Below, piece after piece: positions 12,055 through 25,098 of a stretch of 64,000 bases of DNA. Numbering within the stretch: the stretch's first letter is position 1; every line of letters begins with the position of its first letter. The stretch is from Eledone cirrhosa (taxonomy: Eukaryota): positions 18,104,001 to 18,168,000 of the forward strand of contig OZ024746.1 in assembly GCA_964016885.1 (NCBI GenBank), written 5' to 3'. Both the position numbers and the translations under genes were made by a program. The notes below the pieces were generated by a model. That model was not told the DNA's origin. It ran no database searches and saw only the letters and a list, made by a program, of their open reading frames with translations.

Positions 12055-13502
12055 CCTTTGCTTCTGCCGGACACTGCTGGGTGGCATTAGCTGCCAGTGT
12101 TTTTCTTAACTATGGCTTTCTAAATGTTTATTTATAAACATACCAAATAAATTTGGAAATAAAGATTCTGGAAGGATTTAGTAAAATTACATTTTTTTTT
12201 TTTTTTTTTTTTTTTTAGCTTTTGTTTTTAATTTTTGTTTGGAGCATAACTATAAGTTTTCAAACCTAATTATGATAGATAGTTAAAATTTAATATAAAC
12301 ATTTTAAAAGAAACAGCTTTGTATCATTGAACCGAGTCTTATCTTGAAATTGTTGAACATTAGTCTGTATTAAATATTACTTACTGTAGAGGGGTTTAGT
12401 ATTCACAACCAACAGCCTATCCTATTTCCTGGTGAGTATGAAGTCTACATAACTGGCATGTTTACCTAATTAGTGGGTTGCTAGCCAGTTTCCTGAAATT
12501 AGTGTTTATAGATTGATAGGTCATCATTCCAACAGCCTTTATCCTGCCTTCTTCCTTGCAACATATCCATGTTGCTCATGACAAGTCTAAATTTATGTAG
12601 TTTGCCTCAGTTACATTATCTATTTCTCTGTTGCTTATCCACAAAAATGTGTTCCTGTGTCTATTACCTGGGAGAAGTTTATCTGGGACTCCATCTTACC
12701 TCTTCTCCACTATCTCTACAATATTTCTTGATCTACCTTTCATCATGCCAACATTAATGATGACAGCTGCCAGGGCCAAACTTCCACCTGATGAGATTCT
12801 AAGCTATATGAAATTTGAGGCTCTTTAAAAAAAAGTTGGGTAAAAAATCTGTACCATACAGTTGTCAACGCATTTTATTGTTGTGGTTATTACTATAAAT
12901 TGACGTCAGTGCATTACTAATAAAGAACCAGCTACTCAATGGGGTTCATTTACCCCCCCCCCCCCCCCCGAAAAAAATATATGTAATTTTTTATGATTTA
13001 GTGTTAATGAATAAAAACTAACAATAAAATAAAATAAAATTATACTTTAAAAAATTAGCCTCCCCCACCCCAGGGTGTGTGGCTTTAAGCTATAGCTTAT
13101 AGATAAGTCCAGCATTGACAGCCTTGTATCTGAAAGGAAGACAGTTTATGCTATGGTGTGATGAGTTCAGACATTCTCACTACCATTCTATAACTACTAT
13201 GATTGTTTTTTCTACATTCATTGAGCATATCATTTCTGTAGCAGCAGATGTTCTTTTTCACTATAATCAGTCAACCGTAAAATTTAAATTATATTATTTT
13301 TAATGACTTTAGGCACCAGCAGTCAACCTGTATATTTAACTCTTCAGTTTTAACTGTTAGTTTTTGTTGTTGCTGGCATATATTAAATGTGTATGTTGTT
13401 TTTTTCCATGTCTGTGTACATGTTGTCATATATATGTTTAGTAAGTGAATTTGACAGGAAGAAGCTGTTATAATTATATATATACATATATATAATGTAT
13501 AT

Positions 13503-14396
13503 ACTGCTATTGGCTTCCTGGCCTTCGCCTTGGTCTGTACTGTGTTCGAATCTATTCATAAGGCACCTATTGTCATCTGTTGTCATGTCCATTATCATAG
13601 AATAAAAGATGTTAAAAGGTATTTAAATATTGCATAACATAATTTTTAAAATTTATTTATAATATCTAAATACAGAAAGTAATAAAGAAAATAACAGAAA
13701 GATGTATTCTACGAAAATTATAAAACATTTACAGAACTTCAGTATTTACAATGTTTGTAACTTTTTTCTTTGGAGCATATCTGAAGACTTTTTGGGGTCT
13801 TCCTAGACTGGAATAACCTACACACAGTGAACCATGTGAGAAACAGCCCTCTTCTAGATGGAGACCAACAACCTACAGTGTTTGACTTTGGGACTTGTAA
13901 TGGTCATTGCATAAATGACTCTCACTGGGAATTGCAATCATTTGAAACAAAAGGGGACATCTGTTGGTGTTAGTGAGGATTTTGGCTTTGATAATGTGAG
14001 GCTGTAGTTCAGTCACAACTATATGTATCCTATTGCACAATCTTGGCTGATCCAGGTTTCTGAGAAGCCTAGTGAATATGCTCTTTTTCAATTGTGGGGC
14101 AGAAGAAATCTCCAAGACTGGTAAAATCTGAGGATCACCCTATTCCGTTTTCAGAGAAAAATTGATTGCAAAAAAACTGAATTATTACCAATTTTATTTA
14201 GTGTTATTAGCGGTCAGCATACAAGCAAACTTCCTTTTTATACGTATATAGATAGATGGGGGTTGAACCGACAGTCTCTGCATGCTAAAAAGAGCAGTAA
14301 ATTTTCCCCTATTCCGTTTTCAGAAAATAAGTCAACAGCAATCTTGTTGGAGGTCAGATTAGATGAAAACACACTTCCTTTTTATTAGGATATAGA
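13503..14396 (-). mobile_element. internally deleted Helitron with PIF1-helicase C-terminal remnant
   Basis: Minus translation LLRNLDQPRLCN...KSQSQTL*VVGLHLEEGCFSHGSLCVGYS...TNIVNTEVL* matches the Helitron helicase end. 5' A|TCTATAT..TAAAAAGGAAGT starts occur at 14396 and 14252. A degenerate 3' hairpin GGC-GAAG-GCC lies at ~13517-13534. Confidence 0.8.
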
Positions 14397-14934
14397 TATG
14401 TGTAATGTCTGTTTGTTAGTTTCTACTATTCCCATTCATCATTGCAGATAGTGCTATTTGTTTATGTCCTGTGTATCCCGGTCCCACTGTTCAGTGGCTA
14501 AAAATGCAAAAATCTGTACCTTACTTTAATTATTTAAATGTTTTTATTTTTTGGGAGTGTTTTATTTTACATGTTCTTTTGGTTAATTGATTTGAAAGAA
14601 ACTCCACCTGATCCGTGACACAATATTTGAGTCATTCTACATAAGCAGTAGAGTTATTTCATTTTAGTCTATATATAACCAACAATCAGAAACAATTTCC
14701 TGTTTCTGATTTGATCTGAATTGCATTTTTTGTTTTGTTAGTACATAAATGTCAAGTTCATGAAAGCTAGTTTTTTTTTTTCCTTGTTTTTAAATCAGAT
14801 GTTAAATTGATGATGATGATAAAACAACAGCTCTGTGTTATTTACTGTTGATGAGCTTATCTTGTGCTTCACACACACACTCTCTTCTCCATTTAACCCT
14901 GGCCTTTTTGAGGAGGGGGTGTCTATCTTGTGCT

Positions 14935-14949
14935 TTACACACACACACA

Positions 14950-14986
<37 letters not shown>
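14935..14986. repeat. (CA)n microsatellite
   Basis: Directly visible. Confidence 0.95.
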
Positions 14987-14987
<1 letters not shown>

Positions 14988-16586
14988 AGTATATTTTCTC
15001 ACACGAATCTGACATATCTTTAATGTTTACACAGTGTGAACACCTTCAGGATGTGGTACAACCCTTAACACACTTGCTCACCTTTCCTATCTTTCTACTT
15101 TTACCATGGGGGGGGGGGGGGGTGTCCCTAAATCAAGAGAGGAGAGACAATGTCCATGACATTTGCATGTAAATTCTCCGATACTGGTGAAATTGATGTA
15201 GCTTATGGCTAGCCCAAACATTTGTAGCAGTCTGGACAATGTCTGCATGAAATTGTATAATTAGAAATATACCACTGCAGTTTCTATTGCAAGATATCGA
15301 CATAGATTGTTTGTGTAAATTTTTTCAGATAATTTCATTATCATCATGATCATTATTATATTCTATAATGAAGAATTTATCAGTGAACTGCACCAAATAA
15401 TTGAATACTCTACCTCTTGCCCAATCTAGTAATATTTTAATTTTTAGCCTTTATTCACAATACAATATTTTTTTCTAATGAAAGGCGATGCCTATGTTTT
15501 AAATAATTTTGAAAGTAATCAAGAATTTGGAGGGATTTAGGAAGGGCATCCAGCCATAGAACCTTTGCTACCTGTACAATCTGTAAAGTGTTTGGTGTTA
15601 GGGAGGGCATCCAGCCATAGAAACCACACTCCAATGACCACAGTCAGTTACATCTATCAATACATTGTTCCAATTTTTGTTGATGGGTTTCAGGTCTCTG
15701 TCGATTGTCTGCTGCATATTCATCTCAGGATGTCTTCTTCACCTCATTTTATAGGGGTATCAATACAGGACTTGATTAGCATATCTCTTATTTGGAAGTT
15801 GTGTGATGTGTCCCAGCCAGTCAAGTTAACACTTGCACATGATGTTAGACACCAACAAATGCCTTGTGATATTTAGTTATGCCTCTTCAGGTTCTGCTTT
15901 GAAATCCTGCCAGAGCTAATAAAATAAGCACCAGTCAAGGACTAGGATCAATTAAATTGACTATACTCTTATCCAAATTTGAGATTTTCTGCCTATTTTA
16001 GAAACCAATCTTGAGAATAATAGACAAATGTTGAAAACGTTTATTTCTACAACCCTTTAATCCATGCCAACTTGTATGAATAAATATAAAAGTAGGATAA
16101 ATACATATAAGAAAATATTTTGTTTGTTGGTCTGGCTAGAAAAATCTGTAACAACCCTCTATAAGTTTAAGCTTGTTGGGCTAGTATAGTTAGTATTAAA
16201 TAAAATGTTGGTTAGTAATGGTTGTGTGTGAAAATCCTTGTTTGCAGTAACATTTGTTAGTGAAATAGCAATATATTTTTAATTGTGAGTCATTAATGTT
16301 TCATTGCTCTTGTGAAGTACCATTGAGAAAACTTCTAGAGAATATTTGAAACTAGTTTTACACTCAATAGATTTAGTGGAAATACTTTATACTAACTTAG
16401 ATTATTTCTTTTCACAAGTCTTTGCTTCTGAAGATTTTGAGAACAAAAGTACTTTCATTACACTACCTATATATACAATGTGATAGGTGTGTGTGCAAGA
16501 ATTTTGATACATTATATACATATACACACACACACACACTTATTAAATTGAAGGTAGTTATTCACAATCATTATATATGTGAAAAA

Positions 16587-16778
16587 GGGCGGTGAATTGG
16601 CAGTATCGGTAGAGGGTCCAACGCCATGCTTTGGCGCATAGAGTTACGGCCCTTTATGATCTGAGTTCAAATCCCGCCAAGGTTAACTTTGCTTTTCATC
16701 CTTACGGGGTCGATAAAATAAAGTACCAGTAATGTACTGGGTAATTGCTGGCCTTGTGCCAATAGTAGAAACAATTAT
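16587..16778 (+). mobile_element. tRNA-derived SINE, family 1 (reference copy)
   Basis: A-box TGGCAGTATCGG, B-box GAGTTCAAATCC, body TTTCATCCTTACGGGGTCGATAAAATAAAGTACCAGT, tail GGCCTTGTGCC..TAGAAACAATTAT. Further copies at ~17500-17690, 23750-23930, 27018-27325, 29175-29300, 35841-36024, 40361-40504, 40912-41190, 41543-41705, 44881-45030, 52437-52720 and 58421-58630. Confidence 0.9.
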
Positions 16779-19700
16779 ATATGTTTATAGTGATGAGCTA
16801 ACTAACAAGTGAGCCTCTGTGTAGATACTTTGACCTGCTAAATAAAATAGCCAAATCTTAGTAAGGAAGGTCATATTAGATGATATAGTTCTAAATACAC
16901 CATGTTTGAATAAAATGTCAGATGGTCGCATCAGGAAATCCTTTGGCCATAGAATAGAGCTTGATCAAGAAAAAACAACATATAATGTCGTTAAATTCAT
17001 TCATAGTCCCTTAATTTATTAGGTTATAGAGTCGCTAATGAAAGCTTGGTGAGTTTCTAGAGAAAACCAATGAAACGGTGGCCATCCTTTTCCAAGCCTT
17101 ACCCAGAGTTCAAGCAATTACTCCTTAGAGTTCCATCCCTTACAGCAGTGGTTACCATATTTATTTTGTCATAGAACCCTTATAAGATTTTCCAAAAATC
17201 ACTGAACCCACACCTATATTTTATAGCTGCTCCTAATTAATAAAACAAAAAAAAAAACAATGTTTTTGAGAGAGAATTCATTCATAAAAACAACAATCTT
17301 GAAAATTACATTTTTATTAAAAAACACTATATCTCAAAGACTCTCAAAATATTATCACAGAACACTTGTGCACCTACAAACTCATTCGAGGAAATACTAC
17401 TGTAAAGGATGCTAACGAGAGTCGTGTATTTTGCTGTTTTTGTTGCTGTTGTTACTACATAAAGTGTTATAGCGTCCCTAGCCTGATTGACATGTTTTAT
17501 TTTTAATATTATCATTATCGCTAGAGCGTCGGACATCATACTTTGCAGCATAGAGTTATATTTTGAGTTCAAATCCAACTGAGGTTATCCTTAGAGTTGA
17601 TAAAATACCAGTATTGCATTTGGGTCGATTTAATTGACTTTCTCCTCCCCAAAAATTGTTGACCTTGTGCCTAAATCAGAAACCATTAAGAAACTTTGTG
17701 CTAGATAAATAGAATTAAGATTGTAAACTGCAGATATTTATATATCAAGTTATATATTATACACTGGGCAGAATAGCTGATGTCTAGTCCAGACTTTCTA
17801 GTTTATATATCTTAACAGACAGTCTATGGCTTCCATCTACAAGACACTTGACTCTGCATACCTATGGCTTCATGCTTTATGACATCAACTTCAACCTCAT
17901 TAATAAAAAGAGAGGGAGTGAGGGGGAAGATTGATGATTAGGACATAGTTGTATATCTTACTGGATTGTTTCCAACTTTAAAAGGATTCATGCTAGTAAC
18001 TAACCTTATAACCGGTGTCTTTTGAAGTTTAAAAACACAAAACAAACAAAACACAAACACCTAATAAATAAGAAATATCTATATTTGCAGTTCATTCATC
18101 TGTTTGTCTAACAATGGACAAATATACTTTCCCTCCTTTAATAATGTTAAGATAGATTCACATAGACACCCAGACAGCTCAGATACAATGTTTGTATATA
18201 TTCTATTGATGCAACACCCATCTCACCCCATTAGCGAGAATTAATCACCTTGGTCGATAAGATACCAGTCTCAAAGTTTACTGACTGTAAATTTTGTACT
18301 CTATTACTAGGATTGTTGTATTTTTGCATAATAACTGAACTTAATAACTTCATAATTCAAAGATAAAGTCAAAATAAGACTAAACCTGTTTAGAGTTGTC
18401 TTCCTACATTTGCCAGATAAATAAAAATAATAATAAGACTCTAGATTAATATTGTTCTTTTTTCCCATCTCAAATCTCTCATATTTCTTATCTCTAAAGC
18501 TGTCCATTAAACCCCCCCCCCTCTTACCCTCACCTGTCTTTATTGCTATCCTATCATGCTGCAATACTGTTTTTCTATTCAATCTCTTTACCAACATCCA
18601 ACATGTAGCTATAACTGTTTCTCTGCCATTCTTCCTGTCTTGACCACACTAATGCTCATAGTCATCATTCTTCTATTCATACTTTTGGTCAGATTTACCT
18701 TGAAATAAATGGAAACAGCATAAAGCAGACTCTATAGTTTTGCAGTGAGAGAGCCAACTTCTCTAGTGATGATGTCATGATAAATGCACCCAGTACACTC
18801 TGTAAAGTTCCTGCGAATTAACAAACAGAAACAGTGTAGGTAGAGAGGATAGTTTAGTTTTGTAAAGTGATTGGTGTTTGAAAGGGTATCCAACTATTAG
18901 AAGCCATTCTAAATATGAAACATACTAACATACTAGCAATGTGTGGTCTCCTGGCCCATTTAGGTAGGTAGTAACTCTGAATAAGTACTAAATTGAGCTG
19001 TGACAACCTTATCAACTGGTGCTAGCGTAGAAGGGGGGGGGGGGCTAAAATGTTGATGATGCATTAAATATTAATGCTAATCTACCTATTGTTTTGACTG
19101 ATAAGAATGCTGGTACAGTTGTTAACCTTGGTTCACAATTCCTCTAGTTAGAGTTAACTTTATCTAGAGATTATCAACAAAAATAGAGCTAGACTAGAAG
19201 ATATTTCTGGCAATTATAGAAAATTGATTGATTAAACACATATCTAATTTTATTAAGAACTAAAAGCTTTTAACCAATGGATATTTTCTAAATTGAGGTA
19301 ATTTAATTTAAATCTGGGAGATAATAGTAAAATTTAGATATACATTGTGTTGGTTAGGATGTTGGACTTATGATCATAATGTTGTTGGTTCAATTCCTGG
19401 ACAGGCTGCTCTATTGTGTTTTTGAGCAAAACACTATATTTCACGTTGCTCCTGTACATTCATCTGTGAGTGAGTACCGGCAGTAGCTGGGGAGTTACTC
19501 TTGCAATAGACTGGCGTCCATTCCAGAGAGAGTCTTTACTCTCAGTCGCTTAACACCAAAGAAACCGGGGATAAGCACTGGCCTGATCAGTCTTTGGCTT
19601 AGAACGAACTTTAACTAACTAAATTAAGTGTGTGTGTGCATATATATACATATGTGGATACAACTTGGCTGGATGGTTAAGAAGTTCACTATACAATCAA

Positions 19701-20966
19701 AAGGTTTCAGGTTCGATCCCACTGCATGGCAGCTTAGGCAAGTCTCTTTTACCATAGTTTTGGGTTGACCCATTCCTTGTGAGTGTTATTGAATAAATGG
19801 AAGCTGTATACATACATAAATGTGAGAGTGTATTTTGTCTATTTTCTTTTATCATTTGCTCTTTTTTTTTTTTTTTACTGAGTTCTATCAATGGACAATA
19901 TGCATGCTTCTAGTATTTGAGTTCAGAAGGATAAAGACTAAGATGACCTTTAGACATAGAAACTCCCATGTTTGGAGTGCTCCAATTACCATGGTCAGTT
20001 GCATCTATCAATACGTTGTTCCAATTTTTGTTGACAGGTTTCAGGTCCTTGTTGATTGTCTGCCGCCACTTCATCTTGGGAAGTCCTATTCACCTCTTTC
20101 CAGTATTGGTAGTACCAATACAGGTCTTGTATTGGTACCACCATGGATAGATGACCTTGGTGGGATTGAATTTAAATATGGACACTTTAAAACAAATGTT
20201 TTTTCTTCTCTGTTTTAATCAGAATGGGAGTCAGTCTTAGGTAGTTTAGTATTAGAATGAGAGTCAGTCTTAGATAGTTTAGTATTAGAAGAGTTACACC
20301 AGGAATTGAAGCTGATTTATATGAATGGTAACCAACACCATTTTGTATTTATTCCAACGAAAGATGTAGAGAAACAATAGAAGAAGAAAAATATTAATTT
20401 ATCTTCTGCTCTGGTGCTGTTATTGTTGGAATCTTTTTCTATTGCATGAATGCTTTTGTTGTATTATAAACACACTTAAGGCTATCTACCTTTTTCACAG
20501 AGTAATTAATATATCTTTGGTTGACATTTTCCACTGGATTCAATTGTTTTTATTATCATTTTTCATAAAGTGGCTGTTCCTACACCACAGAAGTTTTGAT
20601 CATCGAATCAACTTCTTTAGATTAAGTTGCTGTGAGCAAAATTTGTTGGATCAACACTGTCTGAGAATGGAATAAACAGATTGAATGATTTGTTGATATG
20701 AATTGCAAAGAGTTCTGTAACAAACAATATTTTGATGGATGAAAAGCTATAATATTGCAGCAGTAGGGTGAAGCAACAAGATCTATTTTGATTGTATACA
20801 AATTGAAATTTTTATTGCTAATAATATGCAGATTGGGAGTAAATCAATATGGCAAGAATTTTTATTTTTAGATATGAATTGTAAGCTTTAAGAATTGTTT
20901 ATATTTGAAATCAATGTCTAATGCTCATATACATATTTGTTTATACAAACACACATACATATATAT

Positions 20967-21328
20967 ATGGTTAGGCTTAAAAGTTCATAGGCTGACTATG
21001 AATGCATGCTAGACTTGTAAAATCTTGCATGCATTAATTTCAACTCTTATTAATTGCATTGTTTCTTTCTAGGGACTATGTAAAAAAATAAGCCTCATTT
21101 GGTCATTCCATGAGAGTATCTTGGTCAGCCTATGAACTTTTTAACTAACCCTCGTGTTTGTGTGTATGAGGACTGGCTGAAAAGTTCATAGGCTGACTTA
21201 TGGAATGACCTAATGGGGTTTAGTTTTCAACATAGTCTCTAGAAAGAAACAATGTTGAAAACTAAACCTCATTTAGTCATTCCATGAGAGCATCCCGGTC
21301 AGCCTATGAACTTTTCAGCCAATCTTAG
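20967..21328. mobile_element. two adjacent mariner-type MITEs (~20967-21154 and 21167-21328)
   Basis: Shared TIR ..GAGGG.TGGCTGAAAAGTTCATAGGCTGAC / GTCAGCCTATGAACTTTT.. and TA flanks on the second copy. Confidence 0.8.
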
Positions 21329-21923
21329 TATTTTTTCAAGATATGTTCAGACATTATTGTCAAATAGCTTTACTAATTATTTTTTAAACTTCTGTAGTGC
21401 AGGTAATTTTATTTTACAAATCTGTTTATACACAAACAAAACACTATTAAAGGGAACAAAAAAAAAAGAAAAGGAAATAAAAAAGAAGAAAAAGAATCAA
21501 GCAACGAAAGAAAGGGAGATGGGTAGGGATAGACACTAAATCCCAGTTGGGCAGTGCCAGCCTTGCTCTGTGGAAAATGGCCAGAGACACCAGTTGCAAC
21601 AGCCACCCCACCTGATGGGGCTCCCATTGTACATATTTGATTAACTTGGGGGTATGAATGTGAAGAAAATAGTCTTTATAATAAACACACATTCACTGAA
21701 ATGTGATGCCCCCCCCCCCCCTCACCCCCACCCCACCCATTCGTAAACCATTCTTTGCTTAGATATTGGCTGAAGAACCCACCTCCCAAATCAATGAAAG
21801 ATAGCTATTGGGGATAAAAATACAACAGACAAAACAAGGGGTAGAAAAGCTTCTAAAATTAAACACAAAAACAATATCTAGAGAGGGAAATGGAAAGATT
21901 GTTATGAATTAGTTGGAGAACTA

Positions 21924-22300
21924 ATAATAATTGTTTCTACTTTTGACACAAGGCCAGCAATTACCCAGTGGATTACTGGTACTTTATTTTATCGACCCGG
22001 TAAGAATGAGAGGCAAAGTTAACTTTGACGGGATTTGAACTCAGATTGTAAAGGGACGTAACTATATTGGAAAGCATGGCATCCGACCCTCCACCGATAC
22101 TGCCAATTCACCGCCCTGGAGAATTAATAATAATTGTTTCTACTTTTGTCTCAAGGCCAGCAATTACCCAGTGGATTACTGGTACTATTTTATCAGCCCC
22201 GTAAGGATGAAAAGCAAAGTTAACCTCGGCGGGATTTGAACTCAGAATGGCAAGGGTTCTAACTCTATGCGTCAAAGCATGGCGTCCAACCCTCTACTGA
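21924..22300 (-). mobile_element. head-to-tail dimer of family-1 SINEs
   Basis: Two consecutive copies (~21924-22116 and ~22126-22300), each preceded by GGAGAA.TAATAATAATTGTTTCTAC. Confidence 0.85.
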
Positions 22301-23066
22301 ATAATAAGAGACAAAAAGACAAAATGAAGTTATCTAACCACTTCCACAGTGAGGAACAGTGAAAGAAAGACATGATAGGAAGGTTGTAAGATAACAGGTG
22401 GTGAGATCAAACAGTAAGATTTACAGAGGGATGAACAGATAGAGAGTGTCACAACAGTAGTAAACAATTAGTTTAGGTATCAAATAGCCTGTGTCAGTTA
22501 ATCCAAAATTAACTGAAAGGTCAGAGAAAAAACATGGAGACTACTAAGGCATCAAGATGTCCTGCTTATCATTTGTCTATTTGGTGTCTTTGTAGTTTTT
22601 TGGGGGGAGGGGGGACTTTTTATTTTGCATTGAATATTATTTCAAAATTATTTCAAGTGGTAATAGTTTTTTACTAGATATTTTGGCTAGTTGTTTAAAT
22701 TTGAAGCAATTATAGATAAAAGACAATTTCTAAATTAGTAAGACTTTATAGATAAAAGACTATTTCCAAATTAGTAAGACTTTATTATATGCCACATTAA
22801 CTATTTTCTTTGAGTTGGCTTTCATTCAGTTGGGATAATGCATAGTGTTTCTTCACTGAATTAAAATTGACTCATTTAGGCTTATGTTCTAAAGAATTGT
22901 GTCTGAAATAAAAGTTTTTATTTTACTCTAAGCAGTTCAGACTGAGTAGATACAAAGTTTGTAATAATCTGATATTTTCTATCATCATCATTATAAGTTC
23001 ATTTTCCATGCTGGCATGGGTTGGATGGGTTATCAAGGTCCAATATTAGACTAGTTAAAGAATCAT

Positions 23067-23205
23067 TTTACAGAGTATACAGTATGTATTTTATAGTGGC
23101 AGCAGCACTATCACTTTACAGAGTGTACTTGGTGTATTTTATAGTGGCACCAGCACTATCACTTTACAGAGTGCACTGGGTGTATTTTATCTTGGCACCA
23201 GCACT
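23067..23205. repeat. 3 x 48-bp tandem repeat derived from a SINE/LINE-tail segment
   Basis: Unit TTTACAGAGTGTACTTGGTGTATTTTATAGTGGCACCAGCACTATCAC. Confidence 0.85.
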
Positions 23206-24340
23206 AACTAATGTATTGTAAAAATGTTTTTCTTTTCAGTAGTTAGCTATGTGCAAACCCTGAAAAAAACTTGGTAAAGACTAATATTAACTTGTATTAT
23301 CCTGTACCACATGAAACCACATTAGCTAAACGTTTTTGAAAAAGTATTAAACAGCACTATAACTGCATCACATTAATACTGAAAATTTTCACAATCTCAT
23401 CTTTATCCTTTAATGTCTGTTTTCCAAGCAAAGGTTGGACACAGATTGGATCTGTCCACAAATAAAGATACTGTAAACATTTGGATTGGCATTTTTAGAT
23501 GTTTTCTGCAAAATCATTACAGGATGTTAAGTGTTGGAAATGTGTTCAGAATATAACACCCAGATGTTATCAAGAGCTCTTTAGATTCTTTGCGTGCCTT
23601 CCCCACCCTTTTAACAGTAACTCATTAGGGTCGATTTAATCAAATTGTTGGCCTTGTGCCTAAATCAGAAACCATTATTATTAGTTTTAATTCTTTTTAA
23701 GAATGCAACAATTAACATGTAATTTCAGTCTAGAGCAGTAAGCTATAAAAATAATAATTGTTTCTACTTTTGGCACAAGGCTAGCAATTATCCCAGTGCA
23801 TTACTGGTACTTTAATTTATCGACCCCGTAAGGATGAAAGACAAAGTCAACCTCGGCGGGATTTGAACTCAGATCGTAAAGGGACGTAACTATGCTAGAA
23901 AGCATGGTGTCCGACACTCTACCGATACTGAATGATAATAAAATGACACAGGCACTCAAAGAGTTTCTGAAGCTAGTATTTGAAACTGATTAAGGGGAGT
24001 GTGCTAATATATATTTGTTAGTGTGTGATAAAATGAAAAACATATTTTGAAAACAGGAATTTTGCATATTACAATGTTCATGCTGTTTCCTCATTGAAAA
24101 AAAGAAAACACCATAAGCTTATTACTGTAATCCTATCTTCTGGCTTGTATTTATATTCTTTAGCTAGTAGCAACAGTTAGCAGCAAATACTGTGTCACTG
24201 TGTGGCTCACTATTTGGCAAATTTTCCGAGAATGTTATTAAAAAAAGTGATTAGATATTGTTTTTGTCTGATTTATATATAATGCTCAAATGCTTTCTTA
24301 AATTTCATTATTGAAGTTGCAAATTTCTACTTAGAGATTT

Positions 24341-24886
24341 TATATACACACACACACACATATATAAATATGTGTGTGTGTATATATATATGTGTGTGTG
24401 TATATATATATGTATATATATATATATGTGTGTGTGTGTGTATATATGTGTGTGTGTGTGTGTGTGTATATATATGTGTGTGTGTGTGTGTATATATATA
24501 TGTGTGTGTGTGTGTGTATATATATATGTGTGTGTGTGTGTGTATATATATGTGTGTGTGTATATATATATATATGTGTGTGTATATATATGTGTGTGTG
24601 TGTATATATATGTGTATATATATGTGTATATATATGTGTGTGTGTATATATATATATATGTGTGTGTGTGTATATATATATATGTGTGTGTGTATATATA
24701 TATATGTGTGTGTGTGTATATATATATATGTGTGTGTGTGTATATATATATATGTGTGTGTGTGTATATATATATATGTGTGTGTGTATATATATATATG
24801 TGTGTGTGCGTGTATATATATGTGTGTGTGTGTGTATATATATATATATGTGTGTGTGTATATATATATACACACGCGCGCGCACA
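24341..24886. repeat. compound (TA)n(TG)n microsatellite, ~545 bp
   Basis: Almost uninterrupted purine-pyrimidine alternation. It generates the six overlapping H/T/Y/I and C/V/Y ORFs. Confidence 0.98.
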
Positions 24887-25098
24887 TGAAAAAATAAAGT
24901 GGAATTTACAGCTTACACCTATGCAGATGTTTAGTCTTCCCCCCCTCCCAGGGAGTATCACATAGGAGGTTTGTTGAGTGTTTTAATGAGACACACACCA
25001 ACCCTATCTTGAAAAGCCCCATGAAATGCTGTGCCTTGATCATGGAAACAATACTCTGTCCCATCCAGGGATTGACCCCTTGTATGCATATATATATA

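Noticed and set aside
12786-12820. CTGATGAG...GAAA
   Set aside because: Stem II and stem I cannot be formed convincingly.
24308-24965. Six long overlapping ORFs (171-217 aa)
   Set aside because: Translations of a (TA)n(TG)n microsatellite that lacks stop codons; not genes.
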